This document shows positions 1 through 8,867 of a stretch of DNA of 32,000 bases, one piece after another. The notes below the pieces were generated by a model. The model was not told where the DNA came from and ran no database searches. It was given only the letters and a program-made list of their open reading frames with translations. This stretch comes from Alphaproteobacteria bacterium (GTDB lineage Bacteria; Pseudomonadota; Alphaproteobacteria; CAAHEQ01; UBA3637): contig JAQVGI010000002.1 of NCBI GenBank assembly GCA_028696805.1, forward strand, positions 1 to 32,000. Direction: 5' to 3'. The stretch's first letter is position 1. Each line of letters opens with the position of its first letter. A program made the translations under genes and the position numbers.

Positions 1-56
1 AAAAATAGAGGACACCCTGTGGGCGCCGGTCGCCGACATCGCCGCGCGCTAGCGCG

Positions 57-869
57 TCAGGAACGCTCCCTGTCCCACAAAACCGAAATCGGCGTGCGCG
101 CCTTGAAAATTCGCGCGGAAACAATCGGGGGAGACACGCGCCCGTCGTCGCGCATCACGCATGTCGGCCTGAACTCGGAATCGCACACCCGCACGTGCAG
201 CTGGTGCGTGTCGGGGATGACTTCGTTCCTGGGCGGCCGGCCGCAGATGGTCTGGATGCCGAATTTGCGCGCGCCGGCCAGGTATGCCGCGTCCAGCTCC
301 TGCATCGGCCCGAATCCCGCCAGCGTCCGGCCTCCGGCGTTTTTATAGTAGGCGGAGGCGCCGATCGGCGTCGCCATCAGAATGCCGTCCCCGACGACGG
401 AAAATTCGTCCACCGGCGTCATCGCGTCGGACACGATGGCGGCGGACAGGCAGGCCGTGCCATACATGTTGATGCGGACGGCGATTTCGTTGAAGCCGAA
501 GAAGGTGTCCTGCCGGCCGCCGGCGGCCATCGCGCAGTCGGCCTGCATCGGGTGGAGCCGCATCGGCTCGGCCTCCGCGATGCGCGCGCCCAAAGAGGCG
601 ATGGATTGCAGCCGGGGGTTGGTCAGGATGCCCCGGTGATCCGTGCGCGCGCCGCAGTTGATCGCATAGACGGGCAGCGTTTTCCGGGACCTTTGCTCCA
701 TCCATAGCGCGCAATGCCAGGCGCTCAACGCCGTGCCGTCTCCGCCGACGGCGACGATGTGCGTCGCGTCGCACGGCTGCGTGTTGCCGTAGCGCAGGAT
801 CAACTCGCTGCGCAGGGCGTTCGCGCGGTCGCTCTTGGTTATGACGAAATGGAGTTTCAAATCGGACAT
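57..869 (-). CDS. nadK: NAD(+) kinase
   Basis: 270-aa frame inside ORF 57..1304. It carries the NAD kinase (PpnK) motifs VAVGGDGT and GDGILMATPIGASAYY. The start is trimmed to the ATG at 869 (MSDLKLHF) because the upstream ORF extension overlaps xth in another frame and a promoter-like TTGACA-17-TAAACT sits at 877-905. Confidence 0.85.
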   Translation of the reverse strand: MSDLKLHFVITKSDRANALRSELILRYGNTQPCDATHIVAVGGDGTALSAWHCALWMEQRSRKTLPVYAINCGARTDHRGILTNPRLQSIASLGARIAEAEPMRLHPMQADCAMAAGGRQDTFFGFNEIAVRINMYGTACLSAAIVSDAMTPVDEFSVVGDGILMATPIGASAYYKNAGGRTLAGFGPMQELDAAYLAGARKFGIQTICGRPPRNEVIPDTHQLHVRVCDSEFRPTCVMRDDGRVSPPIVSARIFKARTPISVLWDRERS

Positions 870-876
870 AAAATCC

Positions 877-905
877 AGTTTAGCAAATGCGTCTTGTTTT
901 GTCAA
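877..905 (-). promoter_or_regulatory. sigma70-like promoter TTGACA-17-TAAACT, 7 nt from the nadK ATG (leaderless candidate)
   Basis: Read on the reverse strand in the 38-nt xth-nadK spacer. No SD lies between the -10 box and the ATG. Confidence 0.5.
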
Positions 906-907
906 CT

Positions 908-1690
908 TTATTTTAGAACGAGCAGGACGGGTGCGTGGTCGGAGGTCTTGTCCCATCCGCGGACGTCTTTCAGAACGCGGCACTCGGCCGGCTCCATGCC
1001 GCGCGCGACGAAGATGTAATCCAGCAGGATGCCCAGATCGCGCGGCCAGGCGCCCATCTGGAAGTCCCAGAATGAATACAGCCGTTCGTCCGGATGCAGC
1101 GCCCGCAGCGCATTGGTCAGCGGCAGGGCGGCGAGGCGCGCGAACGCCTCCCGCACCGGCGGCAGCATCAGAGCATTGCCCTCGAACGCCTTCGGGTTGT
1201 AGACGTCCGCGTCGCGGGCAATCACATTGAAATCGCCGCACAGGATAACCTTTTTCCCGGCGCGCAGCAGGCCCTCCGCATGCCGCGTCAGCGCGTCCAT
1301 CCATTTCAGCTTATACGCCAGCCGCGCCGTGTCGGCCGGGTCGCGCTCGGGCGGGTTGCCGTTCGGGATATAGGCGGACATGACGATTTCCCCGCCGGGC
1401 AGCGCGGCCTGAATAAAGCGCGCCTCCGCGTCTTCGGCGAAAGTCGGCAGCGGCGCGACGATGTCCGCCAGCGGCGCGCGCGACAGGATCGCGACGCCGT
1501 TGTATGATTTTTGACCCGCCAGCGCCGCGTGATAGCCGGCCAGCCGCAATTCGAACGCCGGAAAGGTTTCGTCCGTCGCCTTGACCTCCTGCAGGCAGAC
1601 GATATCCGGCCGCTCCTCCGCCAGCAGGCGTTTCAACGCCGGCATCCGCGCGCGCAAAGAAGCGACATTCCATGAAATAATCTTTTGCAT
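908..1690 (-). CDS. xth: exodeoxyribonuclease III (AP endonuclease, EEP fold)
   Basis: 260 aa. The N-terminus MQKIISWNVASLRARMP..PDIVCLQEVK and the C-terminal SDHAPV are typical of the ExoIII/Xth family. An AAGGA Shine-Dalgarno sequence lies upstream. Confidence 0.85.
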   Translation of the reverse strand: MQKIISWNVASLRARMPALKRLLAEERPDIVCLQEVKATDETFPAFELRLAGYHAALAGQKSYNGVAILSRAPLADIVAPLPTFAEDAEARFIQAALPGGEIVMSAYIPNGNPPERDPADTARLAYKLKWMDALTRHAEGLLRAGKKVILCGDFNVIARDADVYNPKAFEGNALMLPPVREAFARLAALPLTNALRALHPDERLYSFWDFQMGAWPRDLGILLDYIFVARGMEPAECRVLKDVRGWDKTSDHAPVLLVLK

Positions 1691-1713
1691 TTTCGAAATC
1701 CTTATGGTATAGC
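1685..1713 (+). promoter_or_regulatory. promoter-like TTGCAT-17-TATAGC, 6 nt from the ATG at 1720 (leaderless candidate)
   Basis: The -35 box overlaps the xth start codon on the other strand. The -10 box lacks the final T, so this call is weaker. Confidence 0.35.
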
Positions 1714-1719
1714 GTATCT

Positions 1720-2361
1720 ATGAAACCGATTTTGCCCGTCCTCCTATTATCCGTTTTTTTCGCCCAGAATGCAAGCGCTTTGTGCGACCCGATACGCACG
1801 AAGGTCGAAATCATCACCAAGCCGGGCAATGTGGAATACATCACGAAATACAGCCGGGACGAGTTCATCAAGATGGCGCCGACGAAGGTGTCGCCGAACA
1901 CGATGGGCCTGACCGTGACGCGGCTGGGGGCGCAGGGCAGCGCGGAGGGGTACTTGAAGCAGGGCGGCGCGGGGGCGTGCGCCGGAATCGAAAAGGTGAT
2001 CGTCACGATCGGATACGACGATCTGATCGTCTACATCGACAAGAAATACAAGCCGAATTCGTGCGAATACCGGGTGATCAAGGATCACGAGGACTATCAT
2101 GTCGCCGTGTCCCAGCAGGCGATGGCTTTCTATCGGAAGGACATCGAAAAAACGATCCGGAAGGCCGTCGACAAGCTGTCCGTGCGCAAAGTCCGCAGCC
2201 AGGCCGAGGCGCACCGCGTCGTGGAGGAGCAGCTGAACCAGGTGATGGCCGAGCTCCAGGTCCTCGTCGCGCGCATGAACCAGAAAATCGCCGAGAAGAA
2301 CTACCTCATCGACACGCCGGAATCATACCGGGAAACAAGCAAAAAGTGCCGGAACTGGTAG
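1720..2361 (+). CDS. secreted protein with HExxH motif (DUF922-like putative Zn-metalloprotease)
   Basis: 213 aa. It has an N-terminal signal peptide (MKPILPVLLLSVFFAQNASA|LC) and a single HEDYH (HExxH) motif preceded by a GLT..C.. pattern that I recall from the DUF922/COG5661 family. The family assignment rests on memory only. Confidence 0.4.
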   Translation: MKPILPVLLLSVFFAQNASALCDPIRTKVEIITKPGNVEYITKYSRDEFIKMAPTKVSPNTMGLTVTRLGAQGSAEGYLKQGGAGACAGIEKVIVTIGYDDLIVYIDKKYKPNSCEYRVIKDHEDYHVAVSQQAMAFYRKDIEKTIRKAVDKLSVRKVRSQAEAHRVVEEQLNQVMAELQVLVARMNQKIAEKNYLIDTPESYRETSKKCRNW

Positions 2362-2375
2362 AGCCCTGCGCCCGG

Positions 2376-3341
2376 TCAGAACCATTTCTTGCGCTTCAGC
2401 AGCCAAAGCTGGAACGCGATGACGATCACCAGTATCAGGACGATGAACAAAAACCCGTTCGGGTGGTCTGAAAACGGGATGCCGCCGATGTTGCTGCCCA
2501 GCAGGCCGGTGACGAACGTGACGGGCGTGAAGATCACGACGACGATGGACATCAGGTACATGGCCTGGGTGAAGATGACGTTCATTTTGTTGTCCAGCTG
2601 CGTCTGGATGATGGACGCATGGTCGCGCAGGTAGTCCAGGTCTTCCAGAGCTTTGTGCAAATCCGCGTCGATGTCCGTCAGCTGCGGCAGATGGTCGGGG
2701 CCGAACAAGGGGGTGCCGCCGGCCAGCGTTTTGAAAACATTTTCCTGCGGGGCGATGTAGCGGCGCAGCTCCAGGATTTTGTGCCGAATGTCCGCGACCT
2801 GCTTATACAGCCCGCGGACGCTGTATCCCTGCTCTTCGATCAGGGCGTCCTCCAAATCGTCCGTGACATCGTGCAGCCAGTGGATGGACAGGGCGATGTT
2901 CTGGGTCATGCAGACGGCGATGGCCAGCAGGCACTCGACGGGATTTTTGGGCCCTTTGCCGCGGTGCAGCGCGTCCTGGATGAACGGGATGCACGGAATG
3001 CTGCGGTGGGAGAGGGTGATCAGCCGCCCCTTTTCAAGCCAGACCCGCAGGGCGATCATGTCTTCGGCCACCCGTTTGTCGAAATTGATGCCGCGCATGA
3101 TCAGCAGCAGCCCTTTCTTATGGGCGATGAAGCGCGGGCTGGTATCCGTGTCCAGCAGGGCGGCCGTGATCGTCTTGTTCAAGGATAATTTTTCAATCAG
3201 CGCCTGGTTGTCTTCATCCTGATAATCCACATGGACCCATGTCTGGCCGGATTGTTTTTTATGAATATCCTGCGGGCTGATTTTCCGGACGCCGCCGCGC
3301 CCGTTGAAGACATATCCGAAATCCGATGTGAACGTGGCCAT
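2376..3341 (-). CDS. zntB: CorA-superfamily divalent cation transporter, ZntB-like
   Basis: The C-terminal two-TM region VTFVTGLLGSNIGGIPF...LKRKKWF closely mirrors the ZntB signature (GVNLGGIPG ... RSKWL). The start is set to the ATG at 3341 (MATFTSDF), which is preceded by AAGGGGG. The ORF-track start at 3380 lacks an SD. Confidence 0.8.
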   Translation of the reverse strand: MATFTSDFGYVFNGRGGVRKISPQDIHKKQSGQTWVHVDYQDEDNQALIEKLSLNKTITAALLDTDTSPRFIAHKKGLLLIMRGINFDKRVAEDMIALRVWLEKGRLITLSHRSIPCIPFIQDALHRGKGPKNPVECLLAIAVCMTQNIALSIHWLHDVTDDLEDALIEEQGYSVRGLYKQVADIRHKILELRRYIAPQENVFKTLAGGTPLFGPDHLPQLTDIDADLHKALEDLDYLRDHASIIQTQLDNKMNVIFTQAMYLMSIVVVIFTPVTFVTGLLGSNIGGIPFSDHPNGFLFIVLILVIVIAFQLWLLKRKKWF

Positions 3342-3364
3342 TTTTCCCCCTTTGGACACAGGCG

Positions 3365-3937
3365 TCATTCGATGCAGCAATCCACCGCCTTGCGGATGAC
3401 GGATTTAAGCTTGCCGAACACGCCGGATGCCGGAGCATCCCCGGCTTTCTCGATTTTCTTGCCGGTGATCTGGGCGACCGATTTCTGCACTTCCGCCAGG
3501 GAATCCGGCTTCCACCCGATGTCTTTCGCGTCGATCAGGTTCATGTTGAGCCCCCAGAACAGGCAATACATGTCATACGCCTGGCCGAACAGCGCGTAGG
3601 CCTCTTTGTTCCGTCCCATCGACTGCTGCTTTGTGCCGACCTCCATCAGGCGCATGCTGGTCGCCAGCAGGTGCTTTGAAATGCACCACACCTCGCCCTC
3701 GTAGGCGGGAATCACTTTCTGCATCAGGTTCTTGCGCAGCTCGCGGATTTCCTGAACCAAATCGTAAAACGCCGTCTTGCCCGTCTTGGCCCCCGAAAAC
3801 ACCAGGTGCTCCTCGATGGAAATCAGGTTCATGAGCGCGATGGTCAAATCCTGGTCGGACGACAAATCCTTGGGATTTTTCTTTTTCAGGTTGTCGACGC
3901 GCTCGACGAATTCCTTGACGGATTGTGCTTTTTTCAT
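3365..3937 (-). CDS. hypothetical soluble, probably helical, protein ending in CCIE
   Basis: 190-aa ORF located 10 nt downstream of the membrane-protein gene and 23 nt upstream of zntB on the same strand. No family was recognised. The C-terminus is ..KAVDCCIE. Confidence 0.6.
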   Translation of the reverse strand: MKKAQSVKEFVERVDNLKKKNPKDLSSDQDLTIALMNLISIEEHLVFSGAKTGKTAFYDLVQEIRELRKNLMQKVIPAYEGEVWCISKHLLATSMRLMEVGTKQQSMGRNKEAYALFGQAYDMYCLFWGLNMNLIDAKDIGWKPDSLAEVQKSVAQITGKKIEKAGDAPASGVFGKLKSVIRKAVDCCIE

Positions 3938-3947
3938 ATTCCCCCCC

Positions 3948-4481
3948 TTATTTGAACAGCTCCATCGCCTCGTGGCAGCGGCACAGCGCGCCGTGGTGGA
4001 CGGCCAGCGACATCAGCGCGACCGCGGCGACCGGCACAAGGACTTTTTCAAACGGGAAATGCGCGTGCCCGCCGTTGCGGGCCTTCATTCCCTCGTAAAA
4101 ACGCATGCCGGCGATGAAAACGCCCGCGCCGATGATGTTCGCCAGCAGGAACGAGTCGATGTATAAAAATCCGATGATCGCCGGCGCATAGGGCATCTCG
4201 CCCGTGTAGACGAATCCGATGGATGCGACCGACAAGGCCATCAGAATCGGGCCGCGCAGCGGAAAACGCCACCCGCGCTTTTCGCAAAAGCGGATCATCC
4301 AGTATCCGATGATGGCCATCATCGCGCCGGACCAGACGCCGACGACGCAATCGTCGATGCCCAGCCGCCGCGCGATCATCAGGCTGGCGCCGACGGCGAC
4401 CGTGCACACGGCGCAGGCCGGATTGGCGGCCGCCTTGAAGCTGGCGAGCAAAACGGATGCGAAAACGGCGATAAACGGCAT
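3948..4481 (-). CDS. hypothetical polytopic membrane protein with CxxC and Cys/His-rich tail
   Basis: 177 aa with about 5-6 hydrophobic segments. The N-terminal CAVCTVAVGAS..RRLGIDD resembles a CPxCTxAxGAG..LGIDD motif that I recall from uncharacterised small membrane proteins. The C-terminal tail is HHGALCRCHE. A strong SD (AAAGGAGAGGGGG) is present. Confidence 0.65.
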   Translation of the reverse strand: MPFIAVFASVLLASFKAAANPACAVCTVAVGASLMIARRLGIDDCVVGVWSGAMMAIIGYWMIRFCEKRGWRFPLRGPILMALSVASIGFVYTGEMPYAPAIIGFLYIDSFLLANIIGAGVFIAGMRFYEGMKARNGGHAHFPFEKVLVPVAAVALMSLAVHHGALCRCHEAMELFK

Positions 4482-4513
4482 ATGATCCCCCTCTCCTTTG
4501 GTCAGATGGGTTT

Positions 4514-4542
4514 GTTATATCCGAATTGCCGGGCGATTGCAA
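4514..4542 (-). promoter_or_regulatory. promoter TTGCAA-17-TATAAC upstream of the membrane-protein/190-aa/zntB genes
   Basis: Reverse-strand hexamers in the 70-nt gap between 4552 and 4481, followed by a strong SD. Confidence 0.45.
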
Positions 4543-4551
4543 GGGGTAAAA

Positions 4552-5238
4552 TTACGCGCGCTGATATTGCCGGTAGCCGCCGGCGTCCTTATAGGCGTGG
4601 AGGGCGCGCTCGCGCACCCGGGCGTAATGGTCCGCCGCATACGTCAGCGACACATCCGGCGAGTCGGGGACTTCGCGGGTCTGATGGTAGGTGTCGATGA
4701 CCAGCTTGCCGAATGACAGGAAATTATTGTCCGGCCGTTTTTCCTTTTCTTTCGCGGTGTCGATGTAGAACCGCCATCTCCTGGCCTGCTTGTGCGCGAT
4801 GTAGTATTGCTCGCAGATATCGGCGCTTTTCCGGCAGGCTTCCTGCAAAGCCGGCGGCTGCTCCCTAAATAGGACAGATACCGCATAGAGGAACAGAATG
4901 GCCCTTTCGAACGCCGCCTGTTCCTGTCCGAAGGATTTTTGCGGCCGGGACGGCAGCTGATAGAAAGCGGGCGCCGTTTGGACGGCCGGGCCGGCATACG
5001 GCCGCCGGCGGTCGGGTATCGGCCGGTGCTCGTCCAGAGGCGCGGCGACGGGCGGCTTGTCGGCGGGGACATAGGCGGCGGTGTCGATCGGCTGCGTCGC
5101 GGCGGGGCGGTTGTGGCTTGCGCGGATGACACCGATCCATGCCTCGATGTTTTCACCCAGATCCTCGGCGACATCCCAATCCGGGAACCGGTGCAGGCGG
5201 TCCGCGGCGTCTTGTGCAGTGAAAGGGTATGTGTTCAT
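4552..5238 (-). CDS. hypothetical protein with proline-rich linker
   Basis: 228 aa counted from the ATG at 5238 (MNTYPFTAQD), which is preceded by AGGAGG at 5 nt. The longer ORF-track start at 5337 lacks an SD and would cover the predicted promoter. No family was recognised. Confidence 0.6.
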   Translation of the reverse strand: MNTYPFTAQDAADRLHRFPDWDVAEDLGENIEAWIGVIRASHNRPAATQPIDTAAYVPADKPPVAAPLDEHRPIPDRRRPYAGPAVQTAPAFYQLPSRPQKSFGQEQAAFERAILFLYAVSVLFREQPPALQEACRKSADICEQYYIAHKQARRWRFYIDTAKEKEKRPDNNFLSFGKLVIDTYHQTREVPDSPDVSLTYAADHYARVRERALHAYKDAGGYRQYQRA

Positions 5239-5269
5239 GAATCCTCCTGCGTGCATATATATAGATGCA

Positions 5270-5297
5270 AGTCTATCACAAAAAGGCATTTTGTCAA
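5270..5297 (-). promoter_or_regulatory. promoter TTGACA-16-TAGACT for the 228-aa gene
   Basis: Reverse-strand hexamers. The short leader contains a TGCATCTATATATATGCA near-palindrome and an AGGAGG SD. Confidence 0.5.
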
Positions 5298-5384
5298 GCG
5301 GTAAATGGATTGTCCGTCCGGCGGCCGGAAAAACCATGCCGGCCGTCTTTCCGATAAAATCGGCGCGAATTTATCAAATAGTGC

Positions 5385-5413
5385 TTGACAAAGGGGGGAA
5401 AATATGGTTTAAT
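5385..5413 (+). promoter_or_regulatory. candidate str-operon promoter TTGACA-17-TTTAAT
   Basis: Located in the AT-rich spacer about 165 nt upstream of rpsL. Confidence 0.45.
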
Positions 5414-5578
5414 AATAGCGCTTTTGGTTGAAATAACCCTGCGGCCGCAGGAGCATTTCAAACGAAAACATCAATAAGTTCAAGGATTTGTATCTTGATT
5501 GTTGAAAAATGAGCCTTTTGTCCGCCTGAAACAGGTTGATGGAAGATTTTTGTGCAATAGGTCATGAAGGAACGATGA

Positions 5579-5950
5579 ATGCCTACAATTAACCAGCTGA
5601 TCCGCAAAAAACGGAGACCGCAAGAAGCCCGCGACAAAGTGCCGGCTTTGCAGGAATGCCCCCAACGCCGCGGCGTTTGCACCCGCGTGTATACGACCAC
5701 CCCGAAAAAGCCGAACTCCGCTCTGCGCAAAGTGGCGCGCGTCCGCCTGACGAACGGATTCGAAGTGACAAGTTATATTCCCGGCGAAGGACACAACCTG
5801 CAGGAACACTCGGTTGTGATGATTCGCGGGGGCCGTGTGAAGGATTTGCCGGGCGTCCGGTACCACATCATTCGCGGAACGCTGGACACCCAGGGCGTTT
5901 CCAAACGCAAACAAGCTCGTTCGCTGTATGGCGCGAAACGGCCCAAGTAA
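5579..5950 (+). CDS. rpsL: 30S ribosomal protein S12
   Basis: [10 protein letters not shown]... and [11 protein letters not shown] signatures. It is the first gene of the str cluster. Confidence 0.98.
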   Translation: MPTINQLIRKKRRPQEARDKVPALQECPQRRGVCTRVYTTTPKKPNSALRKVARVRLTNGFEVTSYIPGEGHNLQEHSVVMIRGGRVKDLPGVRYHIIRGTLDTQGVSKRKQARSLYGAKRPK

Positions 5951-5961
5951 GGAGAAACACC

Positions 5962-6432
5962 ATGTCTCGCAGACACGCAGCGACAAAACGCGAAGTCACG
6001 CCGGATGCCAAATACAACGACATCGTCGTGGCCAAGTTTATGAACTCTTTGATGTATGAAGGCAAAAAAGGCGTCGCCGAAGCCATTCTGTATGGCGCGA
6101 TGGCCGAATTGGAAGCCAAAATCAAAAAACCGGCCCTGGAAATCTTCAAGGAAGCCCTGAACAATGTGAAGCCTCAGGTCGAGGTGCGCTCCCGCCGCGT
6201 CGGCGGCGCCACGTATCAGGTGCCGTCCGAAGTCCGCCCGGAACGCCAGCAGGCGCTGGCCATCCGCTGGATCATCGGCGCGGCGCGCGCCCGCAGCGAG
6301 CACACGATGGACGCCCGCCTGTTCTCCGAGCTGCAGGACGCCTACAACAACCGCGGCACGGCCGTCCGCAAGCGCGAAGACACGCACCGCATGGCCGACG
6401 CGAACAAAGCGTTCGCGCACTTCAAGTGGTAA
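5962..6432 (+). CDS. rpsG: 30S ribosomal protein S7
   Basis: 156 aa counted from the ATG at 5962 ([12 protein letters not shown]..), with GGAG 7 nt upstream. It ends with the typical ..[10 protein letters not shown]. Confidence 0.97.
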   Translation: MSRRHAATKREVTPDAKYNDIVVAKFMNSLMYEGKKGVAEAILYGAMAELEAKIKKPALEIFKEALNNVKPQVEVRSRRVGGATYQVPSEVRPERQQALAIRWIIGAARARSEHTMDARLFSELQDAYNNRGTAVRKREDTHRMADANKAFAHFKW

Positions 6433-6444
6433 TGGGGGAATAAA

Positions 6445-8523
6445 ATGGCTCGCACAACACCGATTGAAAAATACAGGAACATTGGCATCATGGCGCACAT
6501 CGACGCCGGAAAGACCACGACGACCGAACGCATCCTTTATTATACCGGCCGCTCGCACAAGATCGGCGAGGTGCACGACGGCGCCGCGACGACGGACTGG
6601 ATGGCGCAGGAGCGCGAGCGCGGCATCACGATTACGTCCGCCGCGATCACCGCTTTTTGGAGAGAGCACCGGATCAACCTGATCGACACGCCGGGACACG
6701 TGGACTTCACGATCGAAGTCGAGCGCTGCCTGCGCGTGCTGGACGGCGCGGTGGCCGTGTTCGACGGCGTTGCCGGCGTCGAGCCGCAATCCGAAACCGT
6801 GTGGCGCCAGGCCGACAAATACGGCGTTCCCCGAATTTGCTTCGCGAACAAGATGGACCGCATCGGCGCGAATTTCTACCGATGCGTTGACATGATCAAG
6901 ACGCGCCTGGGCGCGCGGCCGATGGTTCTGGCGATGCCGATCGGCGCCGAATCCAATTTCGTCGGCATCGTCGACATCGTGAACAACCGCGCGATTATCT
7001 GGCATAATGATGATTTGGGCGCGACCTTCGAATATCAGGATATTCCGGCCGAACTGGCCGAAAAAGCCGCCCATTACCGCCATGAGATGATCGAGATGGC
7101 CGTCGAAATGGACGATGCGGCGATGGAGGCTTATCTGAACGGACACGAGCCGGATATCGAAACGCTCAAGAAATGCATCCGCAAGGGAACGATCGCGCAG
7201 ACATTCGTGCCGGTCCTGTGCGGTTCCGCGTTCAAGAACAAAGGCGTTCAGCCGCTGCTGGACGCGGTTGTGGATTACCTGCCGTCCCCGGTCGACATTC
7301 CGCCGGCGGAGGGCCTCAAAGTGGGAACGGACATCCAATACAAGACCTCTCCGGACGATGCCAAGCCTCTGGCCGGCCTGGCGTTCAAGATTATGAACGA
7401 CCCGTTCGTCGGATCGCTGACGTTCGTCCGGCTGTATCAGGGGACGATTGCCAGCGGCTCATATGTCGTGAACTCCGTCAAGGACAGGAAAGAGCGCATC
7501 GGACGCATTCTGCTGATGTATGCGAACGACCGCGAGGACATCAAGGAAGCCCACGCCGGCGACATCATCGCGCTGGTCGGGATGAAAGACACGACGACCG
7601 GCGACACATTGTGCGCCGAAGGGCTGGATGTCGTCCTGGAAAAGATGGATTTCCCGGATCCGGTTATCGAAATCGCCGTCGAGCCGAAAACGAAGGCCGA
7701 CGTTGAGAAAATGGGCATGGCCTTGAACCGGCTGGCGATGGAAGACCCGTCTTTCCGCGTGACGTCCAACAGCGAAACGGGGCAGACCATCATCAAGGGC
7801 ATGGGCGAGCTGCATCTGGAAATCATCGTCGACCGCATGAAGCGCGAGTTCAAGGTGGAAGCCAATGTCGGCGCGCCGCAGGTGGCTTACCGCGAAACGA
7901 TTTCCAAAATCTACGACGAAGACTACACGCACAAGAAGCAGTCCGGCGGCGCCGGCCAGTTCGCGCGCGTATGCATCAAATTCGAACCGCTGCCGCCGGG
8001 CTCGGGCTTCGTGTTTGAAAACTCGGTCGTCGGCGGCTCCGTGCCGAAGGAATACATTCCGGGCGTCGAAAAGGGCCTGCGCGCCTCGCTGGATACCGGC
8101 GTGCTGGCGGGCTTTCCGTGCACGGATTTCAAGGCGAACCTGTATGACGGCGCCTACCATGACGTCGACTCGTCGACGATGGCGTTCGAAATCGCCGCGC
8201 GGGCCGCTTTCCGCGAGGGCATGGCGAAAGCCGGCCCGAAGCTGCTGGAACCCATCATGAAGGTGGAAATCGTCACGCCGGAGGAATACATGGGCGACAT
8301 CATCGGCGATTTGAACAGCCGCCGCGGCCAGGTGTCCGGCATGGATCAGCGTGGCAATGCGCGCGTCATCGACGCGACGGTGCCGCTGGCGAACATGTTC
8401 GGGTATGTCAACACGTTGCGGTCGATGAGCCAGGGGCGCGCCCAATACACGATGGTGTTCGCGCACTACGCCGACGTGCCGCAGATGATCGCCGACGAGA
8501 TCAAGGCAAAAGTTTCCGGTTAA
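6445..8523 (+). CDS. fusA: elongation factor G
   Basis: 692 aa. It carries the G-domain motifs [14 protein letters not shown] and NKMD, and it follows rpsG. Confidence 0.98.
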   Translation: MARTTPIEKYRNIGIMAHIDAGKTTTTERILYYTGRSHKIGEVHDGAATTDWMAQERERGITITSAAITAFWREHRINLIDTPGHVDFTIEVERCLRVLDGAVAVFDGVAGVEPQSETVWRQADKYGVPRICFANKMDRIGANFYRCVDMIKTRLGARPMVLAMPIGAESNFVGIVDIVNNRAIIWHNDDLGATFEYQDIPAELAEKAAHYRHEMIEMAVEMDDAAMEAYLNGHEPDIETLKKCIRKGTIAQTFVPVLCGSAFKNKGVQPLLDAVVDYLPSPVDIPPAEGLKVGTDIQYKTSPDDAKPLAGLAFKIMNDPFVGSLTFVRLYQGTIASGSYVVNSVKDRKERIGRILLMYANDREDIKEAHAGDIIALVGMKDTTTGDTLCAEGLDVVLEKMDFPDPVIEIAVEPKTKADVEKMGMALNRLAMEDPSFRVTSNSETGQTIIKGMGELHLEIIVDRMKREFKVEANVGAPQVAYRETISKIYDEDYTHKKQSGGAGQFARVCIKFEPLPPGSGFVFENSVVGGSVPKEYIPGVEKGLRASLDTGVLAGFPCTDFKANLYDGAYHDVDSSTMAFEIAARAAFREGMAKAGPKLLEPIMKVEIVTPEEYMGDIIGDLNSRRGQVSGMDQRGNARVIDATVPLANMFGYVNTLRSMSQGRAQYTMVFAHYADVPQMIADEIKAKVSG

Positions 8524-8540
8524 ATTGAAAGGTGAAACAG

Positions 8541-8849
8541 ATGGAAAATCAAACGATTAGAATTCGTCTTCAAGCTTTTGATCACAGGTTGCTGGATCAA
8601 TCAACCCGTGAGATTGTCAATACGGCGAAACGGACGGGGGCCGAAGTGGTCGGTCCGATTCCGTTGCCGACCCGTATTGAAAAATTCACAGTGAACCGCT
8701 CCGTCCACGTTGACAAGAAGTCTCGGGAGCAGTTCGAAATCCGTACCCACAAGCGGGTGCTCGACATCATTGATCCGACGCCGCAGACGGTTGACGCGCT
8801 GATGAAGCTTGACCTCGCCGCCGGCGTGGATGTCGAGATTAAAATCTAA
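8541..8849 (+). CDS. rpsJ: 30S ribosomal protein S10
   Basis: [21 protein letters not shown]... The ATG at 8541 is preferred over the GTG at 8532 because of the AAAGGTGA SD spacing. Confidence 0.95.
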   Translation: MENQTIRIRLQAFDHRLLDQSTREIVNTAKRTGAEVVGPIPLPTRIEKFTVNRSVHVDKKSREQFEIRTHKRVLDIIDPTPQTVDALMKLDLAAGVDVEIKI

Positions 8850-8867
8850 ATAGAAGGAAAGAAAAAC

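Noticed and set aside
870-1304. N-terminal 145-codon extension of the nadK ORF (track start 1304)
   Set aside because: It overlaps xth in a different frame, it is R/A/G/P-rich, and a promoter plus a conserved-looking N-terminus support the start at 869.
5322-5352. GC hairpin (CGGCCGG...CCGGCCG) in the spacer between the 228-aa gene and rpsL
   Set aside because: No gene ends next to it on either strand, so it is not a terminator. It is most likely incidental GC-rich self-complementarity.
5438-5451. Perfect 14-bp palindrome CCTGCGGCCGCAGG in the rpsL leader
   Set aside because: It is short and GC-rich and is plausibly just a small leader hairpin or a chance palindrome. There is nothing to tie it to regulation without comparative data.
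5773-7338. 521-aa ORF on the minus strand
   Set aside because: It is antisense to rpsG/fusA. Its R/A/G/H/D-rich low-complexity translation is typical of open antisense frames in high-GC DNA, and the sense strand encodes an unmistakable EF-G.
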